A stretch of DNA of 64,000 nucleotides from Candidatus Bathyarchaeota archaeon (GTDB taxonomy: Archaea; Thermoproteota; Bathyarchaeia; Bathyarchaeales; Bathycorpusculaceae). Location of the stretch: NCBI GenBank assembly GCA_963767735.1, contig CAVYES010000008.1, positions 64,001 to 128,000 of the forward strand, given 5' to 3'. Position numbers and translations under genes: made by a program. Shown here in pieces: positions 39,638 to 48,192 of this stretch. The notes below the pieces were generated by a model, which was not told where the DNA came from, searched no databases, and worked only from the letters and a program-made list of their open reading frames with translations. Position 1 is the stretch's first letter. Each line of letters begins with the position of its first letter.

Positions 39638-41049
39638 GCCTTGCGCCTCAAACTGTCCATGTGGCGGATGCTTTTGGCTATATGCTGCTTTGAAGCAATG
39701 TCGTTTCGGTTCCAGAGTGCTCCGCCCGTGATTGCTTTGGCGCCTTCAAGGCTGATTTGCCGTGCTTCCTCAATGCTGCCTCCGATGCCTAAGATGCCGA
39801 CGGCGCGTGATTTGAGAGCGTAATTTTTGCCGTCTCGGATTTCCATTGAGCCGGGGTAAATGCGAATATTGTTACCGTATTTTGCTATTAGCGCTTGAGC
39901 CTTTGAAAGATCAATGGGACTGTTAATTGCTAGCTTATCAATTTTGTTTGGGAAAATGTCTGCGTAGCCTCCATAGTCCGAGGGAACTTTGTAAGTTAAA
40001 ACCGAGGCAGCGTTCTTCAATTTGACATTCGCTAGGCTGCCCTCTACCATTTCAAAGCATAACTCAACAAAATCATCCTGAATTAGCGGTAACAAATTTA
40101 TTATTTCTGGGTCGCCTGGACGACTGTTTATCTCAAGAACCTTAATGCCCTTGGCCGTATGCATAAAAGCAAGATATAATGGCACGCCTTTGAGCGCGGT
40201 GTCATCTTTGAATTTGGAGCTCCAGCCCCTGAAAATCTTATTAGCCAACGCCAACTCCTGCTCACGATCAGACACTCTTAAGAAGGGCAGTTTGTCGTCG
40301 GCGCCTTTGTATGAACCCATGCCCCCAGTGTTTGGACCCTTATCATCGTCGAATGCGCGCTTGTAATCCCGTGTGTCAGGGAGCGGCAGGAAATGTTTGC
40401 CGTCGCAGAAAGCCATGAAGCTGGATTCTTCCCCGTCGACCTTCTCCTCGATTATGACGCTACCATATTTGAAATTGGACATGAAATGCTCAAACAACTC
40501 TTCACGGTTGGCAAAATGGTCACCCCATACACCGACGCCCTTTCCTAAGGCTGGCTTATCAGGCTTCACCACTGCCTCGTTATCCAGCTCGTCTAGATAA
40601 CGGTACACATCGGCTTTAACGTCTCCATGATCCTTGTAGTCGGCTGGATTAAAAACCTTAAAGCGCGGGTTTGCCTCTGGCGCGATCTGAGCGAAAAGTT
40701 CTCGCTGTTCAACCTTGCTTACTTCTATTGCGTACCGTTGCTTGGGGCAAATGACTGGTATTCCTGTCCGTTTCTCAAGTTGGTCGCGGACGCCTTCTAT
40801 TATGGGTTTTTCTGAGCCAACAAGCGCGAAGTCGATTTTGTCCTTGTTTGCTTCTGCGAACTTGCAGATTTCCTCCACATCAAGGTTTGGTATGACGGCG
40901 TGTTTTGTCGCTTTCTCTGCGTTGAAAGGGTTGCACTGCTTGTCGGCGATGTAGAGTTCTACGTGGTATTTTGTGCTTTGTAGAAGGGCATCGACCATGG
41001 CGACTTCTCTTGCGCCGTAAGAAATGACCAGTACACCGATTTTTTCCAT
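39634..41049 (-). CDS. purD: Phosphoribosylamine--glycine ligase
   Basis: GARE, GKGV, EE..GEE, DYKRAFDDDKGPNTGGMG, EINSRPGDPE. Confidence 0.93.
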   Translation of the reverse strand: MEKIGVLVISYGAREVAMVDALLQSTKYHVELYIADKQCNPFNAEKATKHAVIPNLDVEEICKFAEANKDKIDFALVGSEKPIIEGVRDQLEKRTGIPVICPKQRYAIEVSKVEQRELFAQIAPEANPRFKVFNPADYKDHGDVKADVYRYLDELDNEAVVKPDKPALGKGVGVWGDHFANREELFEHFMSNFKYGSVIIEEKVDGEESSFMAFCDGKHFLPLPDTRDYKRAFDDDKGPNTGGMGSYKGADDKLPFLRVSDREQELALANKIFRGWSSKFKDDTALKGVPLYLAFMHTAKGIKVLEINSRPGDPEIINLLPLIQDDFVELCFEMVEGSLANVKLKNAASVLTYKVPSDYGGYADIFPNKIDKLAINSPIDLSKAQALIAKYGNNIRIYPGSMEIRDGKNYALKSRAVGILGIGGSIEEARQISLEGAKAITGGALWNRNDIASKQHIAKSIRHMDSLRRKA

Positions 41050-41109
41050 CGAGATACACCGTTATGCATAGAGAGTTGAGGAATCGCTTAATTTGCTTTG
41101 CTCAAACGG

Positions 41110-42591
41110 TTATGGCTGAACTTCGGTTGACTCGTAAATTCTTGTTTTTTCCTCGTAGCCTTCAAGGAATTTCTTTTTCATTGCGTCAGCCATTTTTTGT
41201 GCACATGGGGTTGGATACTTTCCTGTGATGCAGGCTAAACATAGCTGGTCTTCTGTTTGACCTGTAGCTTTTATTAATGCCTCAATGGATTGGTAGCATA
41301 CGTCGTCTGCGCCTATGATTTTAGCTATTTCCTGGGCGTTGTGTCTTGAGCCGACAAGTTGCCCGTAGGTTGACATGTCAATTCCGTAGAAGCAGGGTCC
41401 AATAATTCGTGGAAAAGTAACGAAGACGTAAACTTTTTTGGCACCTGATTTTCGCAGTTTATCGATAATTATTTTGGTTGTGTCGCCTCTGACTATAGAG
41501 TCTTCGGTTATTATAACTCGTTTTCCAGTAACTTTTGATCCTAAAATGTTGATTTTTTTATCGATAGTTGAGAAACGCTCAGCGTTCAGAAGTATGAAGG
41601 CTCGTTCGGTAACGTAACGGTGCCGCCTTGACGCCCGTTCCCAACGTAAACCTGATGCCTCATGGACGCCCATGGCTGGGTCATCGCCTGTTTCAGGCAC
41701 CGACAAAATTATGTCACTGTCCTTCACTATTTCGGGATATTCCTTAACGATGTTTCTCCCGAAGTCTTCACGAATCTCATAAACATATTTGCCGTTAAAC
41801 CTTGAATCAGGTCTGGAAAAATAAGCGTATTCAAAAGCGCAGAAAGCCTGATGGGGATTTGGAATAACTTGTATGCGTTTGAAGCCGTCCTTTGAAACCG
41901 TGACTAATTCGCCTGGTTTCAGTTCGAAATCTCTTACAAAACTGTTCATGTCTAAACTTACGGTTTCGGAGGAGAAAGCGTAGGTTGCTCCAGCGGGGTC
42001 GTGTCCAGCGCAGAGCGGTTTTATTCCAAGCGGGTCTTTGAAGGCGAAAAAGTCGCCGTCTCCAGTTATGCCTGTTACGGAGAATGCGCCATCTAAGCTT
42101 TCCATGACGGAGCGAACCGCGGAGGTTAAGTCTTTGCTTTGTTTAAGTCCGAGAAGCAGCTTATGACACACTAAGTCAGAGTCACAGCCGTACTGAAAGT
42201 CTTGGAAGTTTTCAGCCATTTCTTTTTTCAGTGGAGATGTGTTGACTATGTTGCCGTTAAATGAGAGGGCAAGTTTTATTCCGTTTTCGCTGGCGGTAAC
42301 TGGTTGAGTGCCTTGAATAAGTGAGGCGTCATCACATTTACCTGATGTGGTGTATCGAACGTTGCCGATGCCTATCGAACCCGGAAGCTGCCTGAACCAT
42401 TCCCGTATAGCCTCAGTTTTTAGTTTCGGAACCAAATCCAAGTTTTTGTATTCAAAAAATTGCTTGTCGCTGTACGTTAAAAAGCCGTGTGATTGGTGAC
42501 CTCGATGGTTTTGGGCTCGGAGACCCCAGTAAACATACGGAAAAACAGGTTGGTTTTCATAATTTATTACGCCAAAGATACCGCAGCCCAT
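41110..42591 (-). CDS. purF: Amidophosphoribosyltransferase
   Basis: CGIFG, HRGH, VRYTTSG, NGNI, FEYAYFSRPDS, EDSIVRG, PCFYGID, CLACITGKYP. Confidence 0.94.
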   Translation of the reverse strand: MGCGIFGVINYENQPVFPYVYWGLRAQNHRGHQSHGFLTYSDKQFFEYKNLDLVPKLKTEAIREWFRQLPGSIGIGNVRYTTSGKCDDASLIQGTQPVTASENGIKLALSFNGNIVNTSPLKKEMAENFQDFQYGCDSDLVCHKLLLGLKQSKDLTSAVRSVMESLDGAFSVTGITGDGDFFAFKDPLGIKPLCAGHDPAGATYAFSSETVSLDMNSFVRDFELKPGELVTVSKDGFKRIQVIPNPHQAFCAFEYAYFSRPDSRFNGKYVYEIREDFGRNIVKEYPEIVKDSDIILSVPETGDDPAMGVHEASGLRWERASRRHRYVTERAFILLNAERFSTIDKKINILGSKVTGKRVIITEDSIVRGDTTKIIIDKLRKSGAKKVYVFVTFPRIIGPCFYGIDMSTYGQLVGSRHNAQEIAKIIGADDVCYQSIEALIKATGQTEDQLCLACITGKYPTPCAQKMADAMKKKFLEGYEEKTRIYESTEVQP

Positions 42592-42969
42592 TTTCGGTTC
42601 CCCAATCGCAGTAAATGGGGATGAAGTGAAATACTGCTTTATCAGCTTTTAGTACAAATTTAAGTAAAAAGCATGGAGATTTTAACATTTTTAAGCTTTA
42701 ATGAAATGAAGAATAAGATTGGGAAAAACACCAAAAAAGGTGTGGAAAAGCTCTTTTTTTGTGGCTGAATTTTGGAGCAAAAATTAAGCAGGTCTATAGG
42801 TTAAAGCCAAACGTGTGCGTACGAGCCTACCCCATAGTCTGCTGGATAAGGCCTAATAGTCTCCAAACATGCTTTAACATACTTCAACATAGATGCAGCG
42901 CCGCGCACTTTCAACATGAAACAAGTGTTTTTGAATGTTGCAGCCGTTGATTTTATTGTAAAATAAATG

Positions 42970-43366
42970 CTATTTCTGCATGTATTCCAATAAGCCGAAG
43001 TGGTTGCCTTCAGGATCCAACGCCAGAGCCCACCAGCCCAATCCCGGAATCTCCATCTTAGGCACAACAATTTTGCCGCCCAACGCTTCAACCTTCTTGC
43101 TATACTCGTCCACTGATTCTACCCAAATATAGTTCGTTGGCTTAGCTTGACCCGGCATTGTAGCATCCTTTTTCAGAAAAAGCCCACCGTTTACGCCCGG
43201 TCGAATAGGCATCATCTTTATCATCGACTGGCACAGTTTGAAGCATATAATATTCTGTTGGTCCAGGATATTTTTCTATTTTCCAGCCGAAGAGGTCAAC
43301 ATAAAATTTTTTGAGTTTTTGGGCATCTTCAGCCGGGATTTCAAAATGCACAATTGTATGATCCAA
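42970..43366 (-). pseudogene. VOC/glyoxalase family protein, frameshifted near 43218
   Basis: N-terminal half (HFEIPAED..FYVDLFGW) and C-terminal half (VNGGL..DPEGNHFGL) are in different frames; one extra A in GATAAAGATG. Confidence 0.8.
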
Positions 43367-43554
43367 AAAAATCACCAGTAAACCCAATTCTTAAGGTAAA
43401 ATAAAAACTTGATTGAGCTGTCTGGCTTACCTAAACTTGCGCACTATAAGTTACTTATGTCCCGTAAGTAAAAAGTTTATGCCAATAAAATAGGGTTAAA
43501 TAATCTAAAAAATTTTTTACAAAAAATAAAAAATAAAGAAAGGAAAAGATTGTT

Positions 43555-44979
43555 TTATGGTTGCCATTTCTCTATGAGATACTTGGGTATCTCGCTGCTG
43601 TCGCGTGGTCCAACTTGGACTTTCCAGCCGCTAAGTTCTTCAATTTCGCCGCTTATGCGTGAGGCTTTGCCGGGGATGATGATTTTGCGATGCTTTACTT
43701 TACTTTCTATGCCTGAGACTTTGATTGCGTCTGCAACGCGTTCAGCTGTTAGTTTGCGTCCTGCGACTCCGCTGTCTATGGCTGAGCCTTCTGTTTCGAC
43801 GACGATTAGATATGCGTTGATTTTGTTGCTGTCTAAGTCTGAAGCTACAGTGTAATATGTTAGGGCGAAGTTTGTTGTGAACATGACAGGCGAGTTTTCG
43901 TCTGGGGTTCCGAACACTTTGAGTCCTGGAGCGACTGCAACGGGTTTGCGTGGGTCAGTGTAAATGTTTTGTCTTAGCACAGTTATTGGTAGCAGTGACC
44001 AGCCGTCGTTGCCGTGCATTACAAGTATGTCAGCGTACCGCACAATGAGCATTGCTGCTAAGTACGCTTCACGCCATTTGATGAGATCCTCAGCTGTTTC
44101 ACCTTTTCCTACCCAAGTAACCATCGGAACACCCATCAATGGGAATCCAGCAAGTTCTTCTCCTTCTTTTGTTGCGGCTCTTCGCAGCATCGTAAAGTTG
44201 TTAATTGTGTCGGGTAATCCTTCGTTTGCGAATGTGCCCGGGTCTAAGACCAAGTCTGTTACACCATAAGCCATCAATGTTTTGACAAGTGAAACCAGAG
44301 TGCTCATGTCGTTTGGTGCAGAAACCACCAGTGGGCAACTGTACATTAATGCGAGTTCCGCCATGTCTTTCCAGTTTTCTTTAGTAGCCGCGTAAAGTAG
44401 AGGTCTTGCTTTTGGAGCAGCCATCAACCCAGCTTCCAGAACAGTAGAGTTTAATGAACATAATACCAGGGGCAACTTGGTTGAGTCAGCAACTTTCTTC
44501 ACTGTTGCCTTGAATTTTTCGGCGTCGCCTGATGTTGAGCGGATAGCAATCATATCCAATTTCAGCGTGTTGCCGATGTATTCGAAAGTGTAGTTTTCTG
44601 TGCGCTTTACTCGGCTTTCAACTTCCTCCGCCGCCATTTCGTCAGTTACGTCAATTGCTATGGCTGTAGGGTTTACATAGGTGAATTCATGGCGGTACAT
44701 TACCAGTTTTCCGCCGAGTTTGCGTGCTTTGTCTCCGACGCCAACAATTACTTCTTTAACTGCGGGTTTCATCAGCTCTTTTAGTTTGCTGTAGGCTTTC
44801 TCGTTTTCTTTCTTTAGCAGCGGTGGACATTGGTCAATGGTCATTTCGCGGTTGACAATTTTTGTGGCGAAAGCCATGCAGTTATCGACGCCGCATTCTT
44901 TACAGTTAATTTTTGGAAGAAGCTTGTAAACGTCTATGGGGCTTAATTCTTTTAGTCCAGCTTTCTTTTTCTCAGTCAT
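43555..44979 (-). CDS. cdhE: ACDS complex gamma subunit (corrinoid Fe-S protein large subunit)
   Basis: LPKINCKECGVDNCMAFA..CP, LRQNIYTDPRKP, TTNFALTY, VGPRDS. Confidence 0.95.
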   Translation of the reverse strand: MTEKKKAGLKELSPIDVYKLLPKINCKECGVDNCMAFATKIVNREMTIDQCPPLLKKENEKAYSKLKELMKPAVKEVIVGVGDKARKLGGKLVMYRHEFTYVNPTAIAIDVTDEMAAEEVESRVKRTENYTFEYIGNTLKLDMIAIRSTSGDAEKFKATVKKVADSTKLPLVLCSLNSTVLEAGLMAAPKARPLLYAATKENWKDMAELALMYSCPLVVSAPNDMSTLVSLVKTLMAYGVTDLVLDPGTFANEGLPDTINNFTMLRRAATKEGEELAGFPLMGVPMVTWVGKGETAEDLIKWREAYLAAMLIVRYADILVMHGNDGWSLLPITVLRQNIYTDPRKPVAVAPGLKVFGTPDENSPVMFTTNFALTYYTVASDLDSNKINAYLIVVETEGSAIDSGVAGRKLTAERVADAIKVSGIESKVKHRKIIIPGKASRISGEIEELSGWKVQVGPRDSSEIPKYLIEKWQP

Positions 44980-44992
44980 GCCAATCGACTCC

Positions 44993-46228
44993 TTAAGCTT
45001 TCACCGTTACCCAATCAGCAAATTTGGAAGCATCTGCTTTTTTGCCGCTGGTCAAGTAGTTTGTTACGTCTTTGAGTGTTTTTACGGCTGCAGGATGCAT
45101 CATCATGAATAAGTCAACGCCGGCAAGCAGAAGTGTCAGTGCAGTGGTTACTTCCCAGAGTGGACCTCGAAGCTCTCGTGGTTCCCATTCAGCAGACATC
45201 TTGAGCCAAGCTTCGCGTGCTGCCCAAGCGTTGGTTGTACCTGAAGACATCGGGTGAGCCAATTCTGCGTCGCCCATTAATCCGCTGAGCCTTGCTCGCT
45301 CCATGTTAGTGAATGCATAATCTAAACCGTAGCCTAACGCGGCAGTGGTTAAGTCCATAACGATGTCTTCTCTGCCTAAGAAGTCGTAGAGTCGCCGGTT
45401 AAGTTCCCTTGCCAAATTCAAGTCCATAGGAGTGAATGACAGTGCTGCATGCCCGTTCTTTTTAACGTATTTTGCGCAGCGTTCAACATCCATATCTCGC
45501 GTTATTGAGCTGATGAGGAAACGTTCACCTGGGAAAGCTTCACAGATTGCCTCGAAAACATCAGCGTCTTTAACCGGGTCTCCGCAGCCGCCGATAACTA
45601 GCGGAACATCAACGGCTTGCAGAACCTTTTCAACCGTTTTCACCGCGTCTTTTGGTGTAGCATCTTTGAGTAGGGGGTCAATACTGATTAAGTGAATTGT
45701 AACCATGTCTGCCTTGAACTGGTCTACTGCAAGTTTTGCCCATGCTGCTGGGTCGCCGACTACTTCTTTTACGTGCATTTTGACTGCTTTGCTAAGTGGA
45801 ACTTCCATGTCGAAGACGTCAAGAGTGATTACTGGTTTGTGAGTGGTCGGTCGCTCAAAATTGTAGAATGCGGGGGAAACTTCTCCGCCTATTGTGAATG
45901 ATCTTCCGCGTGTTCCGCCTTCCCTTTTGGTTGCCCCAAGCTTTACTTCAGTTATCTTGTTTGGATAGGTTTCGACTGGAGGTAGGAAAGCTGCCTGCAG
46001 CATGGCGGTTGGTTTTCCGCCTGCAACTGCCGCTGGAAGCTTTAATTTGGGCATTATTTTTCCAGCCATACCGGGCTCAAAAATGATTTCTAAGTCTTTG
46101 ACGTCCATTTGGAAGTCTTGTAGCTCGATTTCTTGAAATTTCGCAAGCGCTTCAAGCAGATCGTTGCTTAGTTTTAATCCTTCATTTTCTTTCTTTTTGT
46201 CTGTGTCGTTTTGGGGCGTAGAAATCAC
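44993..46228 (-). CDS. cdhD: ACDS complex delta subunit (corrinoid Fe-S protein small subunit)
   Basis: DVFD, ALGYGLDY, MERARL, NAWAAREAW, MMMHP. Confidence 0.94.
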   Translation of the reverse strand: MISTPQNDTDKKKENEGLKLSNDLLEALAKFQEIELQDFQMDVKDLEIIFEPGMAGKIMPKLKLPAAVAGGKPTAMLQAAFLPPVETYPNKITEVKLGATKREGGTRGRSFTIGGEVSPAFYNFERPTTHKPVITLDVFDMEVPLSKAVKMHVKEVVGDPAAWAKLAVDQFKADMVTIHLISIDPLLKDATPKDAVKTVEKVLQAVDVPLVIGGCGDPVKDADVFEAICEAFPGERFLISSITRDMDVERCAKYVKKNGHAALSFTPMDLNLARELNRRLYDFLGREDIVMDLTTAALGYGLDYAFTNMERARLSGLMGDAELAHPMSSGTTNAWAAREAWLKMSAEWEPRELRGPLWEVTTALTLLLAGVDLFMMMHPAAVKTLKDVTNYLTSGKKADASKFADWVTVKA

Positions 46229-47640
46229 CGTTTGTCTTTGTCATCTTTGACTGTTGTTATGATTACTTTGTTAGCGTAGATTTTTGCGTCTTTAAGTATG
46301 ATTTTGAATCCGCCGGCCATTATTGGCAGTGATGCAGCTGTGGCAACGGGCATCATTGTGCCTGCTGCTTCTTCGTTAACTTGTATTGCTTGTGCTTCAG
46401 GTGTTGCTGGTGCTTCTTCAGCTGCCCATCTTGCTACTATTGGGTGATTCTTAGCTTTCAGGAATGCTTTGAGTTCATCTACGTTCTTTGCGTCTTCTTC
46501 AGTTGCAATTTTGTCAACGAGTTCTTTCGGAATAAAATCTTTGACTTTTTCTTTAACTTCTTTAGGTACCCAAACTATGCGGTTCCATCCGCCGTCTGCT
46601 GCGAAGAATTTCTTGCTTCTCATGTATTCGATGGACATTCCGTGGAAACCGTCGATTTGTCTTCCGCCTGCTGCTGAATCTGCGATTGTGCTGAATGGTA
46701 AGCCGTTTACGGTTGCGCCTTTGAAGCTTCTGTTGACCACTGCTAATCCGTCAACTTCTGGTATGTAGAAGGTTACTGCTTCGAAGCATCCGCACGAAGT
46801 GTGTGGGTGATCAAACGCTGTGTAGAGCCAGACTTGGTTGACTTCGCCCATGCTGCGTTTCTTAGCAGCTTCGTTGACGCCTGAGAATTCGCCTTTCTCC
46901 GCGTTGAGCATTTCACCTCTTGGTATTGCGAAGACTGGACCTTTGGGGTCTATGCTTGCTGAGGCTTTGCCGTCAAACCAGCTGATGGCACCGCAGTTGC
47001 TGTATCTTTGTGGTGTAATTACGCAGACGTGGCTTGGTGCAAATGATTGGCATAGAGCACAGCCGTAGAATGTGTCAACATCTTCGTCTTTGAGACCTCT
47101 GGCTTTTGCGTCGCGTGATTCGTATGCTTGGATTGCTTCGGGGGTCATTTCGTCTAGTTTTGCTGGGTCTGTTATGAAGGTAATTTGGACTTTTTCGATA
47201 ATTGGCAGTTCGCTCTTGAATAGTCTGTAGAGAACTTTGCCTATTGGTTCAAAGCTGTTTAAGCCTTTTTGGAATGATTTTTTGCCGATGCGAATCCAGA
47301 TGTCATAACGTTGGTTTAGATGCATGAAGCCTTCGATGTAGTTTAGGTAGCCGTGAATGCGTCTTTCAATGACACCTTCGAGGCCTGCATCAAGTTTTGC
47401 GCCTGCAGCTTCAACAAGAATGCCGAATGGGTATGCGCCGCCTTCCTTCAGGTCTTTTAAATCTGGGCCGATGATGGTGATTTTTCCATCTTCGATCTCG
47501 TCCATGGGTTTTACTTTTGCTAGTTCAAACTTTTGTTTGACTGTTGGGCCGCCGAGTTCTACTTGCATGTCGTTTCTTCGGATGCGTTCTCCTTCGTAGA
47601 TTACGCCTACATCAACGGGTATATCTTTAAACATTGACAT
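46225..47640 (-). CDS. cdhC: ACDS complex beta subunit (acetyl-CoA synthase)
   Basis: YEGERIR, FYGCALCQSFAPSHVC, HTSCGCFE. Confidence 0.96.
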   Translation of the reverse strand: MSMFKDIPVDVGVIYEGERIRRNDMQVELGGPTVKQKFELAKVKPMDEIEDGKITIIGPDLKDLKEGGAYPFGILVEAAGAKLDAGLEGVIERRIHGYLNYIEGFMHLNQRYDIWIRIGKKSFQKGLNSFEPIGKVLYRLFKSELPIIEKVQITFITDPAKLDEMTPEAIQAYESRDAKARGLKDEDVDTFYGCALCQSFAPSHVCVITPQRYSNCGAISWFDGKASASIDPKGPVFAIPRGEMLNAEKGEFSGVNEAAKKRSMGEVNQVWLYTAFDHPHTSCGCFEAVTFYIPEVDGLAVVNRSFKGATVNGLPFSTIADSAAGGRQIDGFHGMSIEYMRSKKFFAADGGWNRIVWVPKEVKEKVKDFIPKELVDKIATEEDAKNVDELKAFLKAKNHPIVARWAAEEAPATPEAQAIQVNEEAAGTMMPVATAASLPIMAGGFKIILKDAKIYANKVIITTVKDDKDKR

Positions 47641-47643
47641 TTT

Positions 47644-48186
47644 TTAGTTTCCTCCATTAAATTTTGAAGTCATTACTTTGAGGTTTGCAGCCCATTCTTC
47701 AAGGGTTGCGTTTGGGAAAGACCAGCTTGCATGTGGATGAAACAAGTTGTCTAAAGTCATGGTTTTGAGGTCTGGAGCAAAATTTTTGAGTCCACAGAGC
47801 ATTAATGATTCCATGGGGTAAGGCAGCCCTACCACCAAAACCAAGTCGGGATGACCCTTGCCATCGAGACCCTGCCATTCAGGATCAACAAGTCGGTTGC
47901 CTATGTCCATCGCAGACATGAATCCTGCTGGTTGGTAGCCGCGTTTTAGGAATTCGCCGACCATATGGGCTGTGGCCACTACCGGCACTTTTGAAGCGTT
48001 AGCGAAATCAATGAGGTATTCGATTAGCAGTTTGCCTTCCATGTACCTTTCTGTTGCATAGCTGCCTACGATAAGGATTGGGCGGGATGCTTTTTTTATC
48101 ATTGCTACTGCTACTTCGGGTTTCGTTATTTGGTTTGCTTTTTTAGTTGCGGATATTTCTGCACATTGCCAAGGTTCACATGACAT
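47644..48186 (-). CDS. cdhB: ACDS complex epsilon subunit
   Basis: EPWQ, ASRPILIVG, WQGLDGKG, HASWSFPN; lies between cdhA and cdhC. Confidence 0.92.
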   Translation of the reverse strand: MSCEPWQCAEISATKKANQITKPEVAVAMIKKASRPILIVGSYATERYMEGKLLIEYLIDFANASKVPVVATAHMVGEFLKRGYQPAGFMSAMDIGNRLVDPEWQGLDGKGHPDLVLVVGLPYPMESLMLCGLKNFAPDLKTMTLDNLFHPHASWSFPNATLEEWAANLKVMTSKFNGGN

Positions 48187-48192
48187 ATCTTA

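Noticed and set aside
42970-43366. Programmed frameshift in the VOC gene
   Set aside because: Single extra A in a short run with no slippery heptamer; sequencing error or simple pseudogene is more likely
31021-43530. Similar AAAAATTTTTACAAAAATAA tracts at about 31021 and 43508
   Set aside because: Low-complexity AT sequence; chance or generic terminator/promoter context
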